A DNA stretch of 64,000 nt, from assembly GCA_016840165.1 (NCBI GenBank), contig JAEOSU010000070.1, positions 32,001-96,000 on the forward strand. Reading direction: 5' to 3'. The notes under the pieces are model-generated. The model was given only the letters and a program-made list of their open reading frames with translations, made no database searches and was not told the DNA's origin. Numbering within the stretch: the stretch's first letter is position 1; every line of letters starts with the position of its first letter. Source of the stretch: Promethearchaeota archaeon (GTDB lineage Archaea; Asgardarchaeota; Lokiarchaeia; Sigyniarchaeales; SOKP01). Below, one piece after another: positions 41,576-50,378 of this stretch. The position numbers and the translations under genes are program-made.

Positions 41576-41686
41576 AAGGAAATTAGTATTTTGGTTGCAA
41601 TTTCATATGATTATTCAAAAAAAAACATATTAAAAGCTTTTTTTAAGTCCCAAGTGCTATTTAATATTAAATATAGATTAAGGTAA

Positions 41687-43963
41687 TTGCACATTAGACG
41701 CTTTAAACTTACTAAAATTAGAATAAAGGATTTCACACCGATTATTTTAGTAATGCTATTGCTTTTTGTATCAATAGCATGTGCAAATATGCTTATTCCC
41801 AGTTATGCTTCAGTCCAGTTGGAATTTCTTGTCCCAGAAGCATTATTAGCGATCCCAGATGCTTTTTTTGTATTAGTTAGTGCGTTTTTTGCATTAATCT
41901 GGGGCTATTACACGGATCGTGTTGATAGATCCAAATTAATTATGGCTGGAGCATTTTCATGGACGATTGGGATGCTACTAACCGCTTTTTCTATAAATTA
42001 TGAAATGCTCATCATTTCAAGGATGCTTTCAGGGGCAGGACTTGGTTGTGTCTTACCAGTTGGATATTCAATTATCTCCGATTCTATTCCTCCTGATGAA
42101 CGATCAGGATGGTTTGGTACGCTAGCGATCCTTAGTTCTGTTTCAAATGGTATCGGACAAGCGTTATCATCCTTTTTAGGACCAATATTGACTTGGCGCT
42201 TCCCCTTTTTTTTACTTTCAGTAATAAGTATTGTAATTGTTTTTATCCTATTTTTTGTTAAAATACCACAGCGAGGTGCGAGAGAAGAGGAATTGATAGA
42301 ATTAGCCCAAATGGATTTAGAATATCAATACACGATTTCAAAAAAAGATTTATCAAGTATCGTTAAAAAAAAAACTAATAGGTACTTAATAATTCAAAGC
42401 TTCTTTTCGATTATTCCTGGTACTATTACTATATTTTTTCTTACTTCAATGCTAAATATTTATTACTTTAATGAATTGCCAATAGAAATACGATTACAAA
42501 CAGCAACGATCTTCGCAGGTTTATTAGGAGTCGGCTATATATTGGGAAATTCAATTCTCTCCTATCTCGGAGATATTTTATACAGAAAAAATAAAAAAAA
42601 TCGCACAAGATTAGCCGCAATATGCTTAATACTCTCTGTACCTTTTTATGTTATAACTCTATTATTAATCAGTCCTATACAAATAGCCAATTTAGATATT
42701 TCCTATCCCACAGGACCAATAGAAACCTCGGAAATAGCTAGATATATGTTTCTAACGATTGGAGAAATTTTTTCTAAATATCCAAATTATATTTACTATT
42801 TAATTTTTGGTTTGATTGGTACAATCTTTAGTGCAGGACCTGTAGCAAATAGAAATGCAGTGATGATCGATATAAATTTACCAGAGCATAGAGGCACCTC
42901 TGTCTCATTTTTGAACTTATCAGAGCAGGTAGGTAAAGGATTAACCCTCTTAATCTCCTATTTTTTAATTACTTTTCTAGGAAGTATTTTTCAGATGATG
43001 CTCTTTTCTACTTTATTCTGGATTCCAGCAATCGTTATGTGGATCCTCGCTACACGAACAGTTGGAAAAGATTTAAATGTTAAATCCATGATTTTATCTG
43101 AAAGAAAGCAAATTAGTTTATTAGATTACATTTTCGAATTAGAAATCCAAATGGACAGAGGAATTCAAAAAATACACGATGCACGATATTATATTTTTTC
43201 TGACTCTAAGAAATTTGATGCTTTATTATCGGATGCAATCAAAATTTTCAATTACTGCGAAAGAGAAGGAGAAAATCGAAGTATTACGAACATTGGAGAA
43301 AAATGTCGAAAATTGAATGTAAGAGCTAAATCCATTAAACAGATGGCGAATCAGATATTTAAAATATTGAAAAATGAGGACTTATCGGCAAAGGAAAGAG
43401 ACATTTTAAGTGAGGATTTGCGACAAATTGATTTAATGATTGCGGAAGGGAAAAAAAGTACTTTTGGAGAGCTTCAAATCTATTATGAAGATGCTTATCT
43501 AAAGATTATTGAAGCACGGCTCCTACGGAAAAATGATTTATTAAAATGTATGTCAAAAATTATTGATGCAATTAAAATTTATGAGAGAGTTAAAAATCTT
43601 TTAAATGAGAGGTTAGAAGTAATAAATGATACTTCTGACTTACCTCAAGAAGATTTAGTGGCATATGAAAAAGAGAAAAAGCTATATCATAAGGCTTCAG
43701 AATCATTGAAGGCAACAATCAAATTAAAAGAAGAATTTAAGGGAATTTTTAAAAAACTTGAAGAAAAAGGCATTATGAAAGCAGATTTAATGAAAATCTC
43801 AGAATTAACCAATGAATATGATGTAAATCTGTCAGATATCATATTAGAAACATTTGGACAGGATAAAGAAACAAAAAACGCGATTCTTAAAATAATAAAA
43901 GAGATAGATATCGTTTTTAATAAATATGATGATTGGAAAGAAGTAGAGTTAAATGTTTTTTAA
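41687..43963 (+). CDS. MFS transporter (Spinster-like) fused to a ~300-aa cytosolic helical domain
   Basis: WGYYTDRVDR, RMLSGAG, ISDSIPPDERSGWFG, WRFPF, DINLPEHRGT; charged helical extension after TM12. Confidence 0.88.
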   Translation: MHIRRFKLTKIRIKDFTPIILVMLLLFVSIACANMLIPSYASVQLEFLVPEALLAIPDAFFVLVSAFFALIWGYYTDRVDRSKLIMAGAFSWTIGMLLTAFSINYEMLIISRMLSGAGLGCVLPVGYSIISDSIPPDERSGWFGTLAILSSVSNGIGQALSSFLGPILTWRFPFFLLSVISIVIVFILFFVKIPQRGAREEELIELAQMDLEYQYTISKKDLSSIVKKKTNRYLIIQSFFSIIPGTITIFFLTSMLNIYYFNELPIEIRLQTATIFAGLLGVGYILGNSILSYLGDILYRKNKKNRTRLAAICLILSVPFYVITLLLISPIQIANLDISYPTGPIETSEIARYMFLTIGEIFSKYPNYIYYLIFGLIGTIFSAGPVANRNAVMIDINLPEHRGTSVSFLNLSEQVGKGLTLLISYFLITFLGSIFQMMLFSTLFWIPAIVMWILATRTVGKDLNVKSMILSERKQISLLDYIFELEIQMDRGIQKIHDARYYIFSDSKKFDALLSDAIKIFNYCEREGENRSITNIGEKCRKLNVRAKSIKQMANQIFKILKNEDLSAKERDILSEDLRQIDLMIAEGKKSTFGELQIYYEDAYLKIIEARLLRKNDLLKCMSKIIDAIKIYERVKNLLNERLEVINDTSDLPQEDLVAYEKEKKLYHKASESLKATIKLKEEFKGIFKKLEEKGIMKADLMKISELTNEYDVNLSDIILETFGQDKETKNAILKIIKEIDIVFNKYDDWKEVELNVF

Positions 43964-43970
43964 TTACATA

Positions 43971-44267
43971 TTAATTGTTCATTAATTCAGAGGACAAAAT
44001 CTGTTTGAAAGTATGTTTTTCTCCTTGAGATAATTCTTCTACAGCTTTCCCTTTATTATTATAGTGATCTGCATTATCATGATTGTCAAATAAGTTAATC
44101 AATACGATGAGACAATTACGTAATTCTAAACTATTACTATTTCCGTTAAATTTTGACATTATCTTTATTAATAGATTGCTCAACCATAATCTGTTTAAAT
44201 CTGACTGAACTAGACCTTCTTTTTCTTTTTTCTCATAGAATTCTAAAACTCTGGCTAAACAATCCAT
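43971..44267 (-). CDS. Hypothetical helical protein
   Basis: ORF track 43971..44327; the ATG at 44267 with AGGT upstream is the likelier start. Confidence 0.55.
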   Translation of the reverse strand: MDCLARVLEFYEKKEKEGLVQSDLNRLWLSNLLIKIMSKFNGNSNSLELRNCLIVLINLFDNHDNADHYNNKGKAVEELSQGEKHTFKQILSSELMNN

Positions 44268-44520
44268 TATCTTCTTACCTAAAATCCAATTTAAAATCCA
44301 ACAGTTAAATAAACTGTAAGATCCCACACATCAACCGAAATATATATTCTTCAGTAATACAGATGATAGTTTACCTTTAAAAATATTTTTGGTTGAAATT
44401 CACGAGATTTTAATGAAATGTACAAATCTTTGGAAATTAATTAGAATAGATCAGATTATAGAAAATATTACTTCTTATTTTGAAACGTTAGAGAGTAAAT
44501 TGTAACAAATATAAGTAGAT

Positions 44521-45075
44521 TTATAATTCAACTTCAATACTTTCAACAAAATTGTCAATAGATTGCTCCAAATCAATCAAATCTTCGACTTCTCTTATAT
44601 CTGAGCTAGCGAGCTTTTTTAAAAACTCCTTTAATAGTTTTTCTTTATGCTTGTCATGTGGAAAGATGAGACTACTTTTATAGTGCTCCCAATCAAGGAT
44701 AGAAGTAAAGACTAAAAATAATTTTTCAATATGGCTATAATCAATCAAACTGTGCAGTTTTTCTCTTGTGATAAGGGTCTGAGTCTGATCCTTATAAAAT
44801 CCAGATAAATCATTATAATAATTTGTGAGACGAGCAATATTATCTAATTGAGCTCTTAAAGCTGCCTGATTAATAGGACTTTCTTCATCTTTATACATAA
44901 TTTCAAAATATTGATTAATGAAATCTTTTAGCTTTTGGAGCTTCTGTTGGAACACGCGCGTCTTTACGATGCGCTCAAACATAGGCGAAGCTTTATCTTT
45001 GTAAAACCTTAATTCGAACTTAACGATAGCGAGAATGTCCAAGAAGAGTTCGCGTATATCTATGTTCTGGTCCAT
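44521..45075 (-). CDS. Hypothetical alpha-helical protein
   Basis: 184-aa ORF with GGTGA RBS. Confidence 0.75.
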   Translation of the reverse strand: MDQNIDIRELFLDILAIVKFELRFYKDKASPMFERIVKTRVFQQKLQKLKDFINQYFEIMYKDEESPINQAALRAQLDNIARLTNYYNDLSGFYKDQTQTLITREKLHSLIDYSHIEKLFLVFTSILDWEHYKSSLIFPHDKHKEKLLKEFLKKLASSDIREVEDLIDLEQSIDNFVESIEVEL

Positions 45076-45146
45076 TTAATCACCATTTCGGTTAATCTCC
45101 TTAAAGTTTAGAATAATTCAACCCATATTTTCGGGGTTCACAAAAA

Positions 45147-45164
45147 TAATTGCAATTGCAATTA
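45147..45164. promoter_or_regulatory. Perfect 18-bp palindrome TAATTGCAATTGCAATTA, candidate operator
   Basis: Self-complementary; lies just downstream (minus strand) of TTTAAA at 45168-45173, upstream of the 44521..45075 gene. Confidence 0.5.
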
Positions 45165-45255
45165 CAATTTAAAAAGAATTTTACAATATTTATATTTTTA
45201 TGTGTTTCTAGAGCACAAGAGATTATTTATTTAACAGATTTTTAAAACTTAATCA

Positions 45256-46233
45256 TTAAAATTGTAGAGGAAATGAATGACTTGGATCAGTTTGATATCG
45301 TGGTTTTGATGGAATTTGAATTTTTTTCACTGCCTTTCGGAATTTAATTGCTTTGATATGTATTTTGAGTATTCTAATTGGACAACGTAAAATAAATCTT
45401 AAATTATTATAGGGTTCTTTTCTTAGTTTTAAGAAATCCTGATAAAATAAGTGTGCTTTTTGCTGTAATGAATATTTTTCAAAAGAAATAAATCGTTCAA
45501 TAATTTTATCTAAATTCTCAGTGTCGCGGAAACAGTAATAATTTGATGATCTTAAAGACCATTTAATAGCCTCTAATTGAAATTTAATTGACTTTAACTT
45601 TTTAAACGGAAATAATAATAATGAGAAAAAAGATATAAAAAGGTTCATTACCATGCTTTTAAACATTTCAAAAACAGAAACTCTAATCTTCTTTCTAATC
45701 AAATTTCTCAAATCACTACCATATAAAACAGTACTATTAATAATAACATTACTGAGAACAATATTTCGGGGAGCAAATATTGCAGAAAACACTTTATTTA
45801 CTTGAAAGATTTTATGAAATGTAGCATTCTTCCAATACTTCTCTTTGGTTAAAAAATGGCTAATAAACATCCCAGTGGCATGTTGGATCGAGGAAATCAA
45901 ATTCCTTATTACATTTTTATTTCCAGACTCAAAATTATGCTTAATTTCAAGTGCTATAAAATATTTTTCAATTTCACGAATATGATGTGAAGAGACCCTA
46001 TCCTTAAAGATAAATAAAAGATCGCAATCTGAAATAGAAGTATTTTCTCCTTTTGCTTTGTTTTGTTGGCTCCCAAATAATAAAATAGAAATGATTTTAT
46101 TGACACCTATTTCTCTATTTACAAGAATAACAATATCTTTAACGTAATTTCTTGTTTTCTCATTAACCGCTTTTAGTTTATGAGAAATTTTCTCTTTTAC
46201 ATCTTGCGAATCTGTTTTTTGCAATTTAATCAA
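45256..46233 (-). CDS. Pol-beta-superfamily nucleotidyltransferase domain protein with helical C-terminal domain
   Basis: ILLFGSQ...SDCDLLFI signature. Confidence 0.72.
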   Translation of the reverse strand: MIKLQKTDSQDVKEKISHKLKAVNEKTRNYVKDIVILVNREIGVNKIISILLFGSQQNKAKGENTSISDCDLLFIFKDRVSSHHIREIEKYFIALEIKHNFESGNKNVIRNLISSIQHATGMFISHFLTKEKYWKNATFHKIFQVNKVFSAIFAPRNIVLSNVIINSTVLYGSDLRNLIRKKIRVSVFEMFKSMVMNLFISFFSLLLFPFKKLKSIKFQLEAIKWSLRSSNYYCFRDTENLDKIIERFISFEKYSLQQKAHLFYQDFLKLRKEPYNNLRFILRCPIRILKIHIKAIKFRKAVKKIQIPSKPRYQTDPSHSFPLQF

Positions 46234-46298
46234 TAAATTACATTTTCCATATTTTAATATTTTGATAAAAAAAATGAAAAATTTAGAATTTGTATATA

Positions 46299-48311
46299 TT
46301 ATTCATTATTGCCAATTTTATATCCTCTACTTACTGCTTCCATAACGGTTTCTGGTTTTCGGGCATCTCCAATTTTTTCAATTTTGATATTCCCTAAATC
46401 TTTTATTTGATTAGCGAGTTCTTCATTTGGAATTACCCCTGTTGCATAGTATACATAATCTACTTCATTGATAATCTGATCACGTCCGTTTGCATCAGTG
46501 TAATTAACGTAGTCAATACCAATCTCAGTCACATCAACATTTTTAAGTAAATTTATTCCTAAAGCGTCACACTTATCTAATAAGACCCATTTAGTAGTCT
46601 TTCCCAACGCTGAACCCAATTTTGGCAACTTTTCTAAAACGGTTACCTTATTTCTCCCCTCATGAAGCATTCTTAAGGCTACATCCGGTTCTAACGCCTT
46701 ATAAAAAGTTAGAAAATCAAATGCTTCGCGACTTAATGTACCAAATTTTGAGATATAGATAGCTAGCTCTATTCCTGTTGCTCCACCACCAATTATGACA
46801 TTATTTTTTCCAATAGGAGCATCACCGCTAAATACATCATTTGCCCAGAATACATTATTATTTTCAATACCTTTAATTGGGGGTTTGATTGGTATAGACC
46901 CTGCTGCGTAAAAAATTGTATCTGGATTAAATTCCTTAACTGTTTCAATGGTTACATTTGACTGCAAATGAGTATGGATTCCATATTTTTGTATCCAGTA
47001 TGTGTAATTCTCAATCATTCTTTTAAATTCATTTCTACCTGGAGGGACCCATATAATATTTAAAAGACCACCAATTTTATCATCTTTTTCAAAAATATGG
47101 ACTTCATGACCACGTATAGCAGCAATTCTTGCAGCTTCTAATCCTCCTGGCCCAGAACCTATTATCATTATCTTTTTCTTTTGTTTTAGGGGTTTTAACT
47201 CGGTTCTTGCCTCATTTCCCGCTCTGGCATTCCTTAAGCATGTTACTGGCATCATTCTAAATACATTGTCAAAACATCCTTGATTACAACCCACACAGTT
47301 CATAATATCTCTGAGTTCTCCCTTTTTTGCTTTCATAGGTAAGAATGGATCTGCGATCAATGCACGTCCCATACATATAGCATCAGCTTTTCCCGCCATC
47401 AAAACCTGCTCTGCTAACTCGGGATTATTAATCCTATTAGACGAGAAAATGGGAATCTTCACGTGTTTTTTGATGTTTTCTGCTAAATAAGTATAACATC
47501 CTTCTGGAACATCCATAGTTAGTTGAGGCGTTTTAGTTTCATGCCATCCTCCAGTAACATTGAAATAATCGAGATTTTTGCTTAATTCCTCTGCTATAAT
47601 TGCTTTTTCTTTATATGTATTGCTTCCTGGTACAAAATCATCACCAGAAATTCTATATCCGAGTATAAAATCATCGATATTAGTTCTAATTTGTTCAATA
47701 GTTTCAAGGGGGAACCTTAAACGATTTTCAAGTTCTCCACCATATTTATCCGTACGTTTATTGGTTTTTGGAGAAATAAATTGATCCAATAGATATCCCG
47801 CATTTGCGCAAATCTCAACTGCATCAAATCCTGCTTTTTTAGCCCGTACCGCAGCATCAGCAAATGCTTGTTGTTCTCTTTTAATATCTTCAAGGTTCAT
47901 TTCTCGAGGAGTAGTTTTACTAAACTTGCTATATACTGCTGAGGGTGCAATTGGAGTTGTTCCAATTATTTGGGGAAATGCATAGGCACCACCATGATAT
48001 AATTGGCAGCAGATTTTTACATCATCTCGAGCAGCATGAACTTCATTCGTAAATTCAGTAAGTTTTGGTAAATATTTATCGTCATCGACTGCAATCATGG
48101 AAGGTAAACCTTTTCCATATATATCAACATAGCATCCTCCAATAATCAAGAGTCCTGCTCCCCCCTTTGCTCTCTCAACATAAAAATCTATTAATTTCTT
48201 GTCGATAAAACCATTCTTTGCTAAGTTAAGGTGCATCGCGGGCATTACTATACGATTAGATGACTCTAAATGTTTTAATTTCAACGGTTTGAAAAGTTTA
48301 TAAAATTTCAT
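46299..48311 (-). CDS. fadH: NADPH-dependent 2,4-dienoyl-CoA reductase (FadH-like OYE/Fe-S flavoenzyme)
   Basis: NRIVMPAMH, ERAKGG, GYLLDQFISP.TN.RTD.YGG, GWHE, CVGCNQGC...C, GSGPGG, GGGATG. Confidence 0.85.
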   Translation of the reverse strand: MKFYKLFKPLKLKHLESSNRIVMPAMHLNLAKNGFIDKKLIDFYVERAKGGAGLLIIGGCYVDIYGKGLPSMIAVDDDKYLPKLTEFTNEVHAARDDVKICCQLYHGGAYAFPQIIGTTPIAPSAVYSKFSKTTPREMNLEDIKREQQAFADAAVRAKKAGFDAVEICANAGYLLDQFISPKTNKRTDKYGGELENRLRFPLETIEQIRTNIDDFILGYRISGDDFVPGSNTYKEKAIIAEELSKNLDYFNVTGGWHETKTPQLTMDVPEGCYTYLAENIKKHVKIPIFSSNRINNPELAEQVLMAGKADAICMGRALIADPFLPMKAKKGELRDIMNCVGCNQGCFDNVFRMMPVTCLRNARAGNEARTELKPLKQKKKIMIIGSGPGGLEAARIAAIRGHEVHIFEKDDKIGGLLNIIWVPPGRNEFKRMIENYTYWIQKYGIHTHLQSNVTIETVKEFNPDTIFYAAGSIPIKPPIKGIENNNVFWANDVFSGDAPIGKNNVIIGGGATGIELAIYISKFGTLSREAFDFLTFYKALEPDVALRMLHEGRNKVTVLEKLPKLGSALGKTTKWVLLDKCDALGINLLKNVDVTEIGIDYVNYTDANGRDQIINEVDYVYYATGVIPNEELANQIKDLGNIKIEKIGDARKPETVMEAVSRGYKIGNNE

Positions 48312-48422
48312 TATACAACTATCCCATTTTGTTAATATTGTAAAATATAATTAGGTAATAAAATTGATAGCAATATAAAATTTTAACTTTTAAAGAAATT
48401 AGTCAGATATGTCACACAAATA

Positions 48423-49214
48423 TTATCGAAAGTATGAATCAGGACCGCGATCTTCTTGTAGATTTTTCATTAAATGATCAGTTTGTTTTTTATAGGAGTT
48501 GATAATTTTTTCCATTTCTTCAATCTGTTTATTTAATTCATCGAAGTTCATTTTAATGTTAAAATAATTTTTTAATATAGTGACCAAAGCTTTCGAAGCC
48601 CTTGGATCTAATGCCATCATGGGAAGAGGGAGCGTTTCAGCTAATAGGCAAATGCCAGGAGCATGTCCTTTCTGTCCTGCCCATGCAGGTAGGATTCCAT
48701 TTGCTCCAGCAATAACTCCATTTTCCATTAATTTCGTATTTTTAAATTGTAAAAAGGATCTTACAAGTTCGGGATCTGTTCCACAAATATGTACCTTAGG
48801 TGTTGAATCTACTCGTTCAGAGATCATGGCTCCAGTACTTATATACATCTTTATTTTACCCCCTGTTATTTTATCCATCGCTTCACAAAATTTTTGAGAG
48901 AATTCAAAAACACCTTCAGAAGATTGGGGTTGATAATTTGCTGTCAATATAAAAAAATCATTATTATTTTTATCACTCTTTTTAACATAATATACATCTG
49001 CGGTTGGAACCTTCAACTCGCCTTTTTCTACATTTGATTTTGGAGGAAAATCAAAATATTCAATGGTCATATATTCTTTAGCATCTAATGAATCTCTTAT
49101 TGACGTTGTTGCTAATTTAGCTACTAAAGCAATACCAGGCCACCCGATTAATACAATAGGATCGTTTATATCTTCCGGTTTTATTTCAAAATTGCAATTT
49201 ATATTAAAATACAT
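48423..49214 (-). CDS. Second PAC2-family proteasome assembly chaperone
   Basis: IGWPGIALVAKLA, FPP, QPQS, IAGANGIL, CLLAET, DPRASK; ends in YFR. Confidence 0.88.
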   Translation of the reverse strand: MYFNINCNFEIKPEDINDPIVLIGWPGIALVAKLATTSIRDSLDAKEYMTIEYFDFPPKSNVEKGELKVPTADVYYVKKSDKNNNDFFILTANYQPQSSEGVFEFSQKFCEAMDKITGGKIKMYISTGAMISERVDSTPKVHICGTDPELVRSFLQFKNTKLMENGVIAGANGILPAWAGQKGHAPGICLLAETLPLPMMALDPRASKALVTILKNYFNIKMNFDELNKQIEEMEKIINSYKKQTDHLMKNLQEDRGPDSYFR

Positions 49215-49234
49215 AAAATACCCTTAAAGATTAT

Positions 49235-50245
49235 TCATGATTCAAAATCCAACGATTCACCACAGTTTGCACAAAATTTCAATTTAGCTGGCATATGAAA
49301 TCCGCAAAAAGGACAATAGAAACCTTCTTCATCTTGTGAAGCTTGAGCATAGCGTTGCTGCATAACATAGCTTCCTTTTTGAAAACTATATCCTAATTGT
49401 TTTCTTGCTTTTATTGATGTATAGAATGAAGTCAATATACATATAAATAATGGTGAGAAAATCAAGCTTATCATTTGATAATAGATTAAATCATCTAATA
49501 TTATCATGAGGTAATTTCTTGTGCTTGGATTGTACCAAGAAACGTAAGTTGTTGAATTAAAATTCCATACAAAAGTAATAAGATATTGGTAAATGAAATT
49601 AATGAAACCTATCATGATAGAAACCAATAGGAAGAGCCCAATTATTTTCATGAAATTTCCACGAGATAAGTTGCGGGCTTCTTTTAAGGGTGATTCAATA
49701 GATTTTTCACGATAAGTAAAAAAGAGAAATATATAAAAACCTAATAGTATAATGCTTGGAATGAAAAGAAGTAAAGTTCCTAAAGGTACAAAAATACCAA
49801 AAATTAGGAGGATAATCAGTAAATTTTTATTAAAACTACCTTTAAATTCCTCCTTAAAATTGCCATTAGTCTGGGTATATTCTCTATAAAGAGGTACTCC
49901 CACTGTACTCATTGCTAATGCCGTAAAAAACGCTCCAGAGATGCTCGTTATTAAACTTATAAGATATGTTATCACTAAATATTCAAGTAATATATTCATA
50001 TCTGCGTCGGTAATAAGTGTTGGATCCTTTTGATAAATTGCCTCGACAGTTGGAGTCATTTGATAATATTGCCAATTTAAATCAATAACTAATAAATTTG
50101 TAATTATAATTGAAATTAGCGTAAAGAGCAAGAAAGGAAGGATTATTTTAAACCAATTTTTAGCAAAAAGTCTGAGTCCGTCCAATATGACTTGGCTGAC
50201 CCTCATGTTTGCATATCTTTGTAGTTTTTGATTATCTTCCGACAT
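49235..50245 (-). CDS. Polytopic membrane protein with C-terminal zinc ribbon
   Basis: About six TM segments, LKEARNLSRGNF, FYTSIKAR; tail FYCPFCG...FCANCG. Confidence 0.8.
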   Translation of the reverse strand: MSEDNQKLQRYANMRVSQVILDGLRLFAKNWFKIILPFLLFTLISIIITNLLVIDLNWQYYQMTPTVEAIYQKDPTLITDADMNILLEYLVITYLISLITSISGAFFTALAMSTVGVPLYREYTQTNGNFKEEFKGSFNKNLLIILLIFGIFVPLGTLLLFIPSIILLGFYIFLFFTYREKSIESPLKEARNLSRGNFMKIIGLFLLVSIMIGFINFIYQYLITFVWNFNSTTYVSWYNPSTRNYLMIILDDLIYYQMISLIFSPLFICILTSFYTSIKARKQLGYSFQKGSYVMQQRYAQASQDEEGFYCPFCGFHMPAKLKFCANCGESLDFES

Positions 50246-50378
50246 AATTCGTAATATTTTTGAAATTATTTATAATTTTTCAATAAAAAACATAATTAAA
50301 CAAATTCTTCATATCAATATATGAGGTTTTAATCGAAAAAGATAAATTTAGCAAAAAAATATTATATAATCAGTAGTA

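Noticed and set aside
40770-41700. Possible integrated element at the tRNA 3' end
   Set aside because: No integrase and no duplicated tRNA 3' fragment seen.
50307-50326. TCATAT-N4-ATATGA dyad between divergent genes
   Set aside because: Short and AT-rich; cannot be distinguished from chance without comparative data.
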